Shown piece by piece: positions 39,001 through 52,900 of a stretch of 64,000 bases of DNA. This DNA is from Amphiscolops sp. MND2022. Taxonomy: Eukaryota. Made by a program: the position numbers and the translations under genes. The DNA lies in assembly GCA_964187785.1 (NCBI GenBank), contig OZ076409.1, forward strand, positions 74,216,001-74,280,000, in the 5' to 3' direction. The stretch's first letter is position 1, and each line of letters opens with the position of its first letter. The notes beneath the pieces are model-generated. The model saw only the letters and a list, made by a program, of their open reading frames with translations. It was not told where the DNA came from and searched no databases.

Positions 39001-41536
39001 GTATGGTGTTCACCAGCTAGGAAATAGGGGTCGATTTTTCGGGATCTCCTAAACTAGCCACACGATTTGGCTGAAATTTGGCACACGTACCCCCCTCGGC
39101 ACGGTGAAGATGATTCCCTACTAGCGTTTTGCTCGCAAAAATTTTTTTGTTGTCCAAAATAACGGTTTTTGGTGGAAAATTTTGAACTTTTTTTAAATTT
39201 CATCTTATATCTCGTCACGGGTTTACGCTAGCGCTTCAAAACCCTGCTAAAGAAAGCTTGCAAACTGTGTCAGGAATGCGGTGTGAAATTTTCAGCTCAA
39301 TCAGACTCAAACTCAGGGAGATATAGCGTTTTTCCGGAGCGGGGGGGTTTCATTTTTCTAACGGTCCAGCTTATCTTAGCCATTTTTTCGAAAATGTACT
39401 CGCCTAAAGACCTCCCCTGGCCGGTTTTATTCCCAGCAAAACCATTTGGCCCTAAATACGGAGTTTCAGCGTTCCAGCATTCCCGGGCGAAAAGCTGTGG
39501 GACTTAGAAAAATTCAAAAATTTTCAAAAAATTTTTTTCCGTTTTCCGCCCTCCCCCCCTAGGGGAAAAGACCCCCAACCAGTAATTTGAGTGAATTCAT
39601 GTGGAAAGGCCATGTTTAGACGAAAAAATTGCCGTTTAGAACGTCTTTCTATCTCAACCTGACATTGACTTATGAAGCTTTAAAGGTGATGTTTGGACGT
39701 GTGAAGCATGTAAAAAAAAGATTTTTTTTGATTTTATTTCATCAGAAAGTCATTGAATCACACGCTGTGAAGCCCAGAGCGTGGTTTCTAATAGTTTGGT
39801 ATCGTTTAAACGCATTTTGGTGTCTTTTTACTCTGTTTAAAAAAATTTTCTCCTGAAAATTAATAAATTTTGATTACTTTTCTTACTTTCCATTAATTTT
39901 TTTTTCTTATATTTTTACTTGAAACAGTTGAGTACATTCCATCTCCCTTCCCGGGGGAGATGAGAATGTACTCGCAAAAAGCCGCGAACTACGGCCCATA
40001 CCTTCCCGAGATACGCAGTATAAAGATAACATAATGGTCCAGACATTTTAATGGAGTTGTATCTTGGTAATATGTCTGGATTTGCAGAAAAATCAGCACG
40101 TGCCATTTTATACCAAGTTGCTCGCAACGACAATTAATTTAAATCAACCCCCCACAAAAATCAACGCCCCCCGTCCGTGGGCATGCCGAGGCATGCCCTT
40201 CGACGACGTGCACCAAAATATGCCCCGAGCGCGTTAGCAGCTAGGTGCCGGTGTTTTTTTACACAAAGGGGGATGTTGCGCGTGTGGGGAGGGTCCCTGA
40301 CGCGCTCCCGGGATTTCGGATTTTTTAACCTTTACGTACCCATCAAAAATTTTGGGATCTCGAAAACTAGCCGTACGATTTGGCTGAAATTTGGCACACG
40401 TACCCCCCTCGGCACGGTGAAGATGATTCCCTACTGACGTTTTGCTCGCTAAACATTTTTTGTTGACCAAAATAACGGTTTTTGGGGTAAAATTTTCAAC
40501 TTTTTTTAAATTTCATCTTATATCTCGCCACGGGTACACGCTAGCGCTTTCAAACCTTGCTGACGAAAGTTTGCAAACTGTCTCAGGAATGCTGTGTGAA
40601 ATTTTCAGCTCAATCGGACTCAAACTCGAGGAGATGTAGCGTTTTTCCGGAGCGGGGGGGTTTCATTTTTCTAACGGTCCAGCTTATCTTTGCCATTTTT
40701 TCAAAAATGTACTCGTCTAAAGGCCTCCCCTGGCCGGTTTTATTCCCAGCAAAACCATTTGGCCCTAAATACGGAGTTTCAGCGTTCCAGCATTTCTGGG
40801 CGAAAAGTTGTGGGACTTAGAAAATTTCAAAAATTTTCAAAAAATTTTTTTTTCGTTATTTGGGCCCCCAAAGTGGGGGAAAAGACCCCCCAACCAGTAA
40901 AGCAAGTGAATGCATGTGCAAAGCCCTTGTTTGGACGAGAAAAATGCCGTTTAGAACGTCTTTTTATCTTGGCTCAACGTTGACTTATGACGTTTTGAAG
41001 GTGATGTTTGGAGGTGTAAAGCAAGTGACTAGTAAACGTTATGAGTATTTATCTGATCTGAAAGCCATTGAGATGCAATATGGTTTGCTCAAAACGTAAT
41101 TCATTGCAGTTTGGCAATCAATCAACACCCTTTGTTGTCGTTTGACATACTTTTTGGTTGTTATAATAAAAAATTTTGTGTATTTATTCATTTTTTTCTC
41201 ATCAAATAACTTGGAACAGTTGAGTACATTCCATCCCCCCTTCCGTGGGAGATGAGAATGTACTCGCAAAAAGCACCGAACTACGGCCCTTACCTTCCCG
41301 AGCTACGCAGTATAAGGATTACATATTGGTTCCGACATTTTCATAGAGTTATATCTTGGTAATCTGTCTGGATATGCCGAAAAATCAGCACGTGCCTTTT
41401 AATACCAAGTTGCTCACAACGACAATTATTTTATATCAACGCCCCCATATTTATCAACGCCCCCCGTCCGTGGGCATGCCGAGGCATGCCCTTCGACGAC
41501 CCGCACCAAAATATGCGTTAGCGCGGTAGCTGCTAG
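21031..41536 (+). mobile_element. Sixteen consecutive family-A units (1269-1309 bp) of several subtypes
   Basis: Each has the family-A core, a type-1 hairpin, twin CAACGCC(C)-type repeats, the palindrome, TTCGACGAC and the junction motif. Confidence 0.75.
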
Positions 41537-43707
41537 GTGGAGGTTATTATATATCAATTAAAGTGTTTTTTTCCGGAGTTTGTGGCTTTGGAAAAAACAA
41601 AAGGCGAGAAATTGGGCACTCCAGGCTGAACCTAAAAACACCCTAAAATTCGCCCGATTTTTTTACGATCTCGAAACCCAACCGTACGATTTGGCTGAAA
41701 ATTTGCATGTGGCTCCTAATCAATGAGTAATGAAAAAGTGTAGGAGTGACTTTTCCTGGGAAAATTGTTTTTGTTGCACTTTTTGCGCAATTTTTGACCG
41801 ATTGTTGCGTTTTTTATGTCACTTTTGACTTTTCAGGCAAAAAACTCATAGATGCTTTGATCCTAGCGCATCGAGTGTTTCGACCAAAAAGTTGCAACAT
41901 GGTCTTTTACGTACGTTGAGAAAATTTGGTAGCCATCGTATTACCCCCCACTGAGATAGAGGGAACTTCCGGTGGATTTTCGCACTCTAAAAACGAGGAC
42001 CTCCTAAATTTCAGCATGAAGCCGTAGTTTTAGCGTGCTCATACCCTGCTGAAGTTTTGTTGGGCATATTGAGATAGTTATGATATCATGTGTTCAGTTC
42101 ACCCCCCATCACCCCCTGGACCGGAAATGAACTTTTTTTGCACTATCATACCGGAAGTCTCCAATTTCACCGTTAAGCAGTTCTTGTACGAGCAACTACC
42201 AGGACATCAAAATTGAAGTACCACCTGAGGTCAACGTAGTGACTACGTGTTGTCCAGTCATAGGTTCCGCTATGACCGGAAATGGGGTCCAAACCCCCTT
42301 TTTTGGTTGTTTTTCAACAATTTTACGAGTGTTTGGTCCACATTCAAGTCGCGTAAGTCAATTGAATCAGTGTGAGCATAAACTGTATGTTCACTGCGTA
42401 GACGTAACTGACACTGACAGATACCGGAAGTAACCCCCCGTGACCGGAAGTTGTCATTTTTGACCGGAAATGGTCCAAAATGTAGCGTAAAATCAGTTTT
42501 CCACTGCTTTTTAAAGTCAACTTATTATTTTTTCAATCTCCGCGAGCTTGTATTCAGGTTCGTTTTTGTTACCCGTGCACTTTGCAACAAATATACATCT
42601 GTAAAATTTTCTCTATAATATCTTCGGATAGAGAAATAACGTGTTTTTGAGACTTTTTTCAAAAATATTAGACCATATCTGTCATTTACCCAAAGTTTTT
42701 CAACATAACGACCACAGTGGTTCGTCTCTGCCCAAATTTGTGCCTAAAAAACTATTTGGCCCATTGGCCTCAGTTTGAGCGTTCCAGCTTTGCGTGATCA
42801 TAAGCTAAGGGACTTGAAAAAATTTCGAACTTTTTTCAAAAAAAAAATTCTCACATTCATGTCTCCCAAAGTGAAGAAACTTCCACACAACTAGGATTGC
42901 AAGTGGATGCATGTGGCAAGCCCTATAATTGAAGGGAAAAATGCCGCTTAGAACGTCTCTTTATCGTAACTTGACGTTAACGTATGGTGCTTTGAATGAG
43001 AGCTTGATAAGAGGTCGAGAAGTCAAAGTGTGTAAATGGAACGTATGTCTCGTCGAAAACTCACCGGAATTCATGCAATGAACCCCAATTGTCCTCAATT
43101 GCAGTTGCCTACTGCAACAACGTCTTTCTGGTACATTTTACTCTTTTTCATAAGTGTCAAAATTATTTTTAAATTCAGTTAGCAAGAAACACTTGAGTAC
43201 ATTTTCATCTCTCCCCAGCGGGTGAGATGAGAATGTTCTTGCTAAATGCCAGGTACTACGGCCCCCCTTTTGTTTTAATGCGACGCATTCTCTGCTTTAG
43301 CACATAGATATTTCATTTCGCCTGGTTTTTTGTATACTCTCTGACTTGTTATTATAAAGTTCTCGTCATTACTGTACATAAATTTACAACCATAAATCGT
43401 TATCGGCAACGCCACATACACTTAGACGCCCACCATTCTGTAGGTATGTCGAGGCATACCTTTCGATTATGTCATAACGCAAACGCGATAAAAAGTGCTG
43501 AAATTCAGAAACAGTGACAATCAATTTTCACTATTTGACATATGGTAGGTTTTTATAGGGAACTTACACATCACTGACATTTCACAACATTCCAGCTGAC
43601 GCCCACATACCATATCAACGCCCACCGTCCGTGGGCATGCCGAGGCATGCCCTTCGACGACGTATGCCAATTTTTTTATATCTACACTCAATTGCGGTAG
43701 CAGCTAG
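41537..43707 (+). mobile_element. Hybrid 2171-bp unit
   Basis: Unique head, an ACCGGAA-rich middle related to the next unit, a diverged family-A core and type-1 hairpin, and two terminal palindrome modules (degenerate at 43442, intact at 43633). Confidence 0.65.
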
Positions 43708-45096
43708 GTGGTTGGGGCGGTCCCCAGAACGCACAAGGAGGCGCGGGGAGGGTCCTGCGCCGACGTAGAATAATTTCATATAATACTAGTATCCTACATG
43801 GGTGTTTTAGAGGCGATTTTGGAATCTAACCGTAGGATTTGGATAATTTTTTGCATGCGGCCATAACTCGAAATTCTAAGAACTTTTTCCTACTGTCATT
43901 TTCCCCGCAAATTGTTTTTTGTTGACTTATGGCCGAAAAACCGGAAATAACGTCCTTTTTAGACGTTATATCCGAAGTGTCGTCATAACTTTTTTCCAGG
44001 GCATGCTAGCGTTCTCGTTCACTTTTACACTTAGTTGCAGCATCTCAAAATACAACTGGTGGAAAATTTTGGTTGCATTCGGATCACCCCCCACCGAGAT
44101 AGAAGGGTTCCCCCCTCCAGTTTTACCCCCCAAATTTGCAAAATAGCCAATTTTGAGCATGAAGCCGAGGATTTAGCGTACCCATACCCTCCTGATGTTT
44201 TGTTGTACGTATTGGGGTCAATCTGACGACATGTGTGGTTTTCACCCCCAACCCCCCCTTGGACCGGAAATGACACTTTTTTGTGTTTTTTGGCAGAATT
44301 TAGCCTTTTTCATTATTAGGCAGTCGTTTTAGGGACTTCTAGCAGGATATCGAAATTGAAATACAACCTGATCACAACCCAGTGACAACATGTTGGCCAC
44401 TTGGAGGTATCATCATGACCGGAAGTGGGGTCAACCCCCCTTTTTGTGACCGCTTTTTGACCTTGTGCACCAAAATGCCAACATCTTGAGGCCTAATGAG
44501 GCATTCAAATCTGTACAAAGATAAAATGTTAGACAACCGAAGTCCCGGAAGATCTTTAGCATATACCGGAAGTTACCCCCCATGACCGGATGTTACCCAA
44601 TGTGACCGGAAATGGTCCAAAAATTAATGTAAAGTTGAATTTTTCACTATTTCAAGACCACTTAATTGAAACTTTTCAATCTAAAAACTAGCGTACTGGC
44701 TTGTTTTGCTGAATTTATGGAAATTGATGAGCTCTATCGCCCCCGATAGCCTTCGAAGTTGACCTTGCGTCAACTTTGTAGGCTATCGATAAAGAAAAAT
44801 GAACAACAAAGTACATTGTTGCTCTCGTTTTTTTCCCGTTGTTTTTCCTCAAACATTCTTGAGACATATACATGGCCGTTAGTTGAAATCAATATTTAGC
44901 CCATGTTATAGCTGGAGCAGCGAAGCGTTACACAGACTAGTGTGGTTTTGAAATCACACTATTTAAATTATTAACTGACCGTCTTAGTCAACTCCACACA
45001 TTCATACCAACGCCCACCGTCTGTGGGCATGCCGAGGCATGCCCTTCGACGACGTATGACGAATCCACTCCAACGACACCCGCAGTCCTCAGCTAG
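43708..45096 (+). mobile_element. 1389-bp unit with ACCGGAA-rich body and type-2 hairpin
   Basis: Left hairpin GGCGCGG-GGAGGGTC-CTGCGCC (43740-43761), type-2 hairpin 44744-44788, terminal palindrome, and a tail resembling family B. Confidence 0.65.
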
Positions 45097-48000
45097 GTGG
45101 CCGGGAACTTTTTTTCCTGCATTTTTCTGTCCAATTGGGGGAGGGGCCCCAAGTGGCTGTTATCCGGTTTTACTACCTACCCTAAACACGCTCAAAAAAT
45201 GACGATCTCGAAAACCACCCCTTAGATTTTCCTGAAACTTTGCATACAGGCCTAGAATCAAATCCTAAGAACTATTTCCTACTGGCGTTTTTCCGAATTT
45301 TTTCAAAAAGTTGGTCAAAAATGCAACAAAAGTTGCCAATGGACATAAAAAACGCAACTTTTCGAGTTTGAGGGCCCATAACTTTTTTCAGAGTGCCCGG
45401 AGCGATTCGCACAATGAAAACAATATTGCTCAGCATTGTCGGAGGAGTGCGTGGACGAAGTTTGAGGTGAATCGAATGAAAATTGATTGAGAAATAAACG
45501 CAAATGTTTGTGCATTTGTTGCAAACACCAGTCTATCTCTGCCATTTTCGCCAAAAATTTTTCCCAGAGCCTTTATAGGAGGCAACCCCTGCCCAAATTT
45601 CTGCCGAGCAAACCCATTTGGCCCTAAATACGGAGTTTCAGCATTCTAGGATTCCCGGGCGAAAAGTTGTGGGACTTAGAAAAATTTCAAAAAAACGCAA
45701 AAATTGTAAAAAGTAACTTCAGGCGCCCCAAAGTCTCAAAACTTCCACACAACTAGTATTGCAAGTGAATGCATGTGGAAAGTACTCGGATGGACGAGAA
45801 AAATGAGCTATAGAACGACTCTGTAGCTTAATCTGACGTTGACTTATGACATTTTGAATGTGAGCGTCCTAGAGGATTTTAATGTCAAAAATGAGATTTT
45901 GTAAGTCATGTCTCATCAAAAACTCATCGGAATACGTTCAATCATCCCCATAGCTGTTCAATCACCGTTGCTTAGTAGAGCAACGCCATTTAATGTCTTT
46001 GGACCCATTTTGAAAATTTTCCTTACCGTCTTATTCGTCCGATATCACGAAACAATTGAGTACATTCCATCTCCCCCCTTGTGGGGGAGATGAGAATGTA
46101 CTCGCCAAAGACCTGAAACAATGGCCCATATTGGTTTTTATTTGACTTTTCTCACAATATTGCACACGGATAGCTGTGTTTGGTAAAAGTTTTCCTTTGC
46201 ACCATGTCTCCAGAAGCAAAACCACTTCTTTAGCTTACTACTTCCCCTCAAACATCACTAACGTCAACGCCACATACTCGCATCAACGCCCACCGTCTGT
46301 GGGCATGCCGAGGCATGCCCTTCGACGACGTATGCCAAATAGCGCCACAGGGCGCCCCCAATTTCCGCTAGGTGCCGGGATTTTCTATTCGACAAGTTTG
46401 CGCGCCTTGGGGAGGGTCCCTTTGCGCGCTTTAAGATCCAGGTGTTTCCAACTCCTAAACGGGCATGTGATTTCGACGATCTCCTAAACTAGCCATACGA
46501 TTTGGCTGAAATTTGGCACACGTACCCCCCTCGGCACGGTGAAGATGATTCCCTACTGACGTTTTTCCCGCTAAACATTTTTTGTTGACCAAAATAACGG
46601 TTTTTGGGGTAAATTTTTGAACTTTTTTTAAATTTCATCTTATATCTCGCCACGGGTACACGCTAGCGCTTCAAAACCTTGCTGATGAAACCTTGCAAAC
46701 TGTCTCAGGAATGCGGTGTGAAATTTTGCAGCTCAATCGGACTTAAACTCGAGGAGATATAGCGTTTTTCCGGAGCGGGGGGGTTTCATTTTTCTAACGG
46801 TCCAGCTTATCTTTGCCATTTTTTCAAAAATGTACTCGCCTAAAGGCCTCCCCTGGCCGGTTTTATTCCCAGCAAAACCATTTGACCCTAAATACGGAGT
46901 TTCAGCGTTCCAGCATTCCCGGGCGAAAAGTTGTGGGACTTAGAATTTTTCAAAAATTTTCAAAAAGTTTTTTTTCCGTTATTTGGGCCCCCAAAGTGGG
47001 GGAAAGCACCCCCCAACCAGTAAAGCAAGTGAATGCATGTGGAAAGCCCTTGTTTAGACAAGAAAAATGGCGTTTAGAATGTCTTTTTATCTTAACTTGA
47101 CATTGACTTTTGTCGTTTTGAAGGTGACCGTTAGATACAGAAAATTGATATTTTGAGTATTTATCCCATCTGAAAGCCATTGAGATACAACATGTTTTGC
47201 TCAAAACGTGTTTCATTGCAGTTCCGCTGTCCATTGACACCCTTTGATGTCTTTTGACGTAATTTTTTTTCTACAATAACAATTTTTTTTGTGTATTTAT
47301 TCATTTTTTTCTCATCAAATAACTTGAAACAGTTGAGTACATTCCATCTCCCTTCCTGGGGGAGATGAGAATGTACTCGCTAAAGGTCAGGAACTACGGT
47401 CTATATCTTCCACAACACAAAAACAATTGAAAATTGTTTCAGTTTGTCGCAGAAAACTTTTCTTTTTGCACTCAGTGACTCGGCAAAGTGAACGATTTTG
47501 ACCCATATTGAATCTTACTTTACCACAACTCATCTCTAACGTCAACGCCCCCCACACACATCAACGCCCCCCGTCCGTGGGCATGCCGAGGCATGCCCTT
47601 CGACGACGTATAGCAAAATATATTCGAACGCGGTAGCCGCTAGGTGCCGGTGTTTTTTTACACAAAGGGGGATGTTGCGCGTGTGGGGAGGGTCCCTGAC
47701 GCGCTCCCGGGATTTCGGATTTTTTAACCTTTACGTACCCATCAAAAATTTTGGGATCTCGAAAACTAGCCGTACGATTTGGCTGAAATTTGGCACACGT
47801 ACCCCCCTCGGCACGGTGAAGATGATTCCCTACTGACGTTTTGCTCGCTAAACATTTTTTGTTGACCAAAATAACGGTTTTTGGGGTAAAATTTTCAACT
47901 TTTTTTAAATTTCATCTTATATCTCGCCACGGGTTTACGCTACCGCTTCCAAACCTTGCTGACGAAACCTTGCAAACTGTCTCAGGAATGCGGTGTGAAA

Positions 48001-48917
48001 TTTTCAGCTCAATCGAACTTAAACTCGGGGAGATATAGCGTTTTTCCGGAGCGGGGGGGTTTCATTTTTCTAACGGTCCAGCTTATCTTTGCCATTTTTT
48101 CGAAAATGCACTCGCCTAAAGGCCTCCCCTGGCCAGTTTTATTCCCGGCAAAACCATTTGGCCCTAAATACGGAGTTTCAGCGTTCCAGCATTCCCGGGC
48201 GAAAAGTTGTGGGACTTAGAAAATTTCAAAAATTTTCAAAAAAATTTTTTTCCGTTATTTGGGCCCCCAAAGTGGGGGAAAAGACCCCCCAACCAGTAAA
48301 GCAAGTGAATGCATGTGGAAAGCCCTTGTTTAGACGAGAAAAATGCCGTTTAGAACGTTTTTTTATCGTAACTTGACATTGACTTTTGTCGTTTTGAAGG
48401 TGACCGTTAGATACAGAAAATTGATATTTTGAGTGTTTATCCCATCTGAAAGCCATTGAGATACAAAATTTTTTGTTCAAAACGTGTTTCATTGCAGTTT
48501 CGCTGTCCATTAACACCATTTGGTGTCTTTTGATGTAATTTTCTTTTCTATAATAACAATTTCTTTGTGTATTTATTCATTTTTTTCTCATCAAATAACT
48601 TGAAACAGTTGAGTACATTCCATCTCCCTTCCCGGGGGAGATGAGAATGTACTCGCTAAAGGTCAGGAACTACGGTCTATATCTTCCAAAACACAAAAGA
48701 GATTGCAAATGGTTTCAGTTTGTCGCAGAAAACTTCTTTTTGCACTCTGTGACTCGACAAAGTGAACGTTTCTTACTTACTTTGAATCTCACCATACCAC
48801 AACTCATCTCTAACGTCAACGCCCCCCACACACATCAACGCCCCCCGTCCGTGGGCATGCTGAGGCATGCCCTTCGACGACGTATAACAAAATATATTCG
48901 AACGCGGTAGCGGCTAG
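45097..48917 (+). mobile_element. Three family-A units (1275, 1272, 1274 bp)
   Basis: Family-A core, type-1 hairpin, palindrome and CTAG ends at 46371, 47643 and 48917. Confidence 0.75.
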
Positions 48918-49988
48918 GTGGTCAAGGGGGATGCCCATCAGAAAATATTGCGAGGCCGGGGAGGGTCCCGAGAGCCGAGCACATTCTATCAATTCCTACC
49001 TTCAGGATTGCGAAGTATTTTAACCGATCTCGAAATTCACCCGTAGGATTTGTCTGAAACTTTGCATGTGGCTTTATCTCAAAAATTTAAGAACTTTTTT
49101 CTGCTGACGTTTTTCCAGGAAAATTCATTTTGTAGGGTTTTTTTGCGTTTTTTTGGTTTTTTTTCATCTTTTTTCATCTTTGATTAATCAATGACCGAAT
49201 CAAAGGCCATTTTCACCATGAAGGAAAGCCCGTAGCGGCAAAGTGCACTTTTATGAAAATCATCAACGGTCAACGGTCTTTCGAAAGGTCCAAAAAAATT
49301 TCCCCCCGGGGGCAACCAAAGTGCCGAAAAGTGCCAAATTTATTTTTTTGACTGAATCACTTTGATCAAATTGATGATTTGAGCAGCCGGAACGGTCCGC
49401 ACGGTCTCGGACAATAGGGTCAAAAATTGTCAGCATCCAATGGGGGTTCCAAAAATGTAATTCGTTCACCTGCAGGAGACATCAGAAAAAAGTTGATTTT
49501 TGGGAGTTTTGGCATTATGACTGATCGGATGATAAATCATTGCATCACGTTGAGTTGCATTTGATGCAGCACACGAAGCAGCTGCAGCGAACTTGAAACT
49601 GCTTAGGGGGGTAGGGTTTACTATCTGTAACAAGCAAAATATCCCTTGGGCAAAAGGTATGCCAAAAAGTGCCTCAAAGTGCTAATTAAGTTGTTGCAAA
49701 TCGGCTAGCCAAATTAATTGTCACCGGTGTTCCGAGAGTTGCGCAGCATCTCGCAGGAACAACGGTGCTTGTTTCGAACGCAAAACCCAACATACCTCTT
49801 TGATGACGTGACGGAGGTCACCATTGGCCTTTTTCGGCAGTGTGATGATATTATTATTGTTGAATTGTGAACAACTTACACAAAAGATTTAGCGTGGGAT
49901 ATTTGTTTGTTTCATACTTCAGTAACAAACTTTCAACCGTTTCGTTTAGGCCTCTACCTAGCAGTGCTCTAAATCGCTCCATCGCTAG
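48918..49988 (+). mobile_element. Short family-C unit (1071 bp)
   Basis: Homologous to 60653-61727. Type-3 hairpin at 49722-49767. No GGGCATGCC palindrome. Confidence 0.65.
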
Positions 49989-52900
49989 GTGGTCCGGGGT
50001 GGTCCCCCACAAGAACTATTGCGAGGCCTGGGGAGGGTCCCGGAGCCGAGCGCTATATACAAAATGCATCCATGGTAGACCGGGAGAAAAACAAGCGATT
50101 TTCCAATCTAACCGTTAGATTTCCATGAAACTTTGCACACATACATAAAATTAAATTCTAAGAACTTTTTCCCCCTGACGTATCATGATTGAAACATTTG
50201 TTGGAAAGTTATGTGCAAATGATCGTGTTTTTTGGCCATTTTTCGCATTTTTCACGCAGCAGCTTCACACTTTACGCTATGCATTTGGCCCATTTTTTGC
50301 GTGCGCGGCATAAATGATGTCATGTATACACATGCCAAAAATTATTTCTCAATTCGCAACAGGAGTGGAGATATGGCGGATAATGTTGGCGGAAAATTTA
50401 ACGAATACGAAAATTTGCACATATTTGGCCAACATTTGTTTAAAAAATGAGAAAAAATAAAAAGTCCGCGGATTGCGTTGAAACTTGGCACCCAGGTAGT
50501 AGAACAAATTTTAAGAACTTTTTTCCTCTGACATTTTTCCGAAAAATTGCATCTTCAACCTATATTTGCAATATTTCGGGTTTTTTGATTCAAGGTGATT
50601 TATCACTCACATATTCAAAGTCCATTTTCAGCATGAAGCAACGCAGATACCGGCAATGAGCACATATTGCAAAATCATCAACGGCCAACGGTCTACCGAA
50701 CGGTCCAAAAAAATTTTCCCCTCCGGCCCAATCAAAGTGGCCAAAAGTGGCAAAAGGTTTTTCCCAACAGTATCACCATTACAAAATTGATGATTTGACC
50801 AGGAGGAACGGTCCGCACGGTCTCAGACCATAAGGTGAAAAAGTGTCAGTGAGTGATGGTGACGACCAAAATGACATTGGTTGACCTCTAAGCGGCCTCT
50901 GGTAAAATTTGATTTTTTTGAGTAACGGTCCGAGTTGATCTGTTACGTTGTATCAACATTTCATAATCATGTTACTCATAACCGAGTAGAGATAGCACCG
51001 TGGGTCATCTTTATCAAAATGAACGTTGGGCAGCGGTCTAACGATTGAGTGCAAAAAATATACCTTAGCTGCCATAGTGAAAGAAAAAATTTTCAGAAGT
51101 GTTGTTTTCAATTTTTCAAGTCGACTCGCAGTTACAAAAATGTGATTTTCTCTTCAGCAACGGTCCGAACGGTCTGGTACCATAAGATAAAAATTTGTCA
51201 GTGTGACATGGTGGCGCCCAAAAACACATCAGAACACTGGTAGGAAGCGTCTGAACGATTTTCGAATTTTCACGTGGGTCCGAGAGTTATAGTGTCACAT
51301 GGTAACTACATTTCGGGTATGCATATCTCCTCACAGAGTACAGATAGCATCATGGGTCACCTTTTTGAAAAAGAACGTGGGCCACTGGTCTATCGATTGG
51401 TCATAAAAAGTTTTCAGTCACTGCTGCACGGCGTGAATAATATGCCAATATGGGGTATTTAGCATTTTTTTGCACGACTCGGACCTACAAAAGGCCCATT
51501 TCTGATCCACCGACGGTCCGTACGGTCTTCGACCATAAGGTCAAAAAGTGTCAGTGTGCTATGGTGACGCCCAAAAACCCACCAGTACACTTGTAGAGTG
51601 CTTCCGAAAAATTTTGGAATTTTTAGGTAAGTCCGAGAGTTATAGAGAGTTATGTTGTCACATCGTAACTACATTTCGGGAATGTATATCTCCTGACACA
51701 GTATAGATACCAACATGGGTCATCTTTTGGAAAGTGAACGTGGGCCACTGGCCTACCGAATGGTGATAAAAAGTTTTCACCAGTTGCTACAGGGAGTGAA
51801 AAAAGTGCTTACATGGGTTACATAGCATTTTTTCAGGCGACTCGGACTTACAAAAAGCTCATTTGATCGCCAACAACGGTCTCTACGGTCTCCGACCATA
51901 AGGTCAAAAAAGTTTTGTGAGCTATGGTGACGCCCAAGAACCCATCAGTTCACCTGTAGGATGATTCTGAAAAAATTTGATTTTTTCCAGATCACTATGT
52001 TAGATATTACATGGCGAACCGTGTTATTTTTCCAACAAAATCATGTTTTTGAGTGCCCAAAATTAGTTTTTAAAGCACAACAGCCTCATAAAACGTTGTT
52101 TTGCATAACATGGGATGTGAATAACATGAAAAAAGTGCCCACTGTGGGTTTGGGGTTATTTTGAAAAAATCAGCTGCCATTAGACGTTACACATCAGAAA
52201 ATCATACCTCACATATCAATATATGGGTTGAGTGAAAAATACCTTAAATAATTTTTCAGTCAATCAAGACACATTTTTGTGCACAACCACGTGTACAGCT
52301 GACGTCGAACGCATATTGACCTTCCGCAATTGTTACATTACGATTTTGAGTGACAAAAGCCCCGTTGACAAACAAAATTCCTAGATAAAGTTTGTTTCCA
52401 AATCATTTTTTGACGTATAGGACCGACAATTTCTTCCCACACACATCAATTATCCACTTCTCTTAGTCCAGTGGCATGTGAAAAACACAACTAGGCATTG
52501 ACAATCCACATACACTATAAATCGAGTAGTCATGGGCAACAATATTTACAAATCAGTAGTGAAATTTGTCTAAAATAGATAACACATCACAATTTTGTTG
52601 GAGTCAAACTAGCAAAATGTAAGTTTATCAGCAACTTTTGGCTTTTAATGCAACCCACTGGCCCTGTAATATAGGAAAATAGTGTTTACCGAGCTTTTAC
52701 GGTAATATTTCAGAGTCCGAGGTAGCTAAAATTATCATACTGAAGAGACGCACGACTTCAACTTCAGTATTTTTCCCGATGTATCACCCTTTTTTTGGTA
52801 TCGGCCGTCCCACCAATACTGTTTTTGGTCTGACACTAAACCTTAGGATCAACCAAGGTGGATACCAGACTTGGCAAATCAATGCAAGGAATTTCGACAT

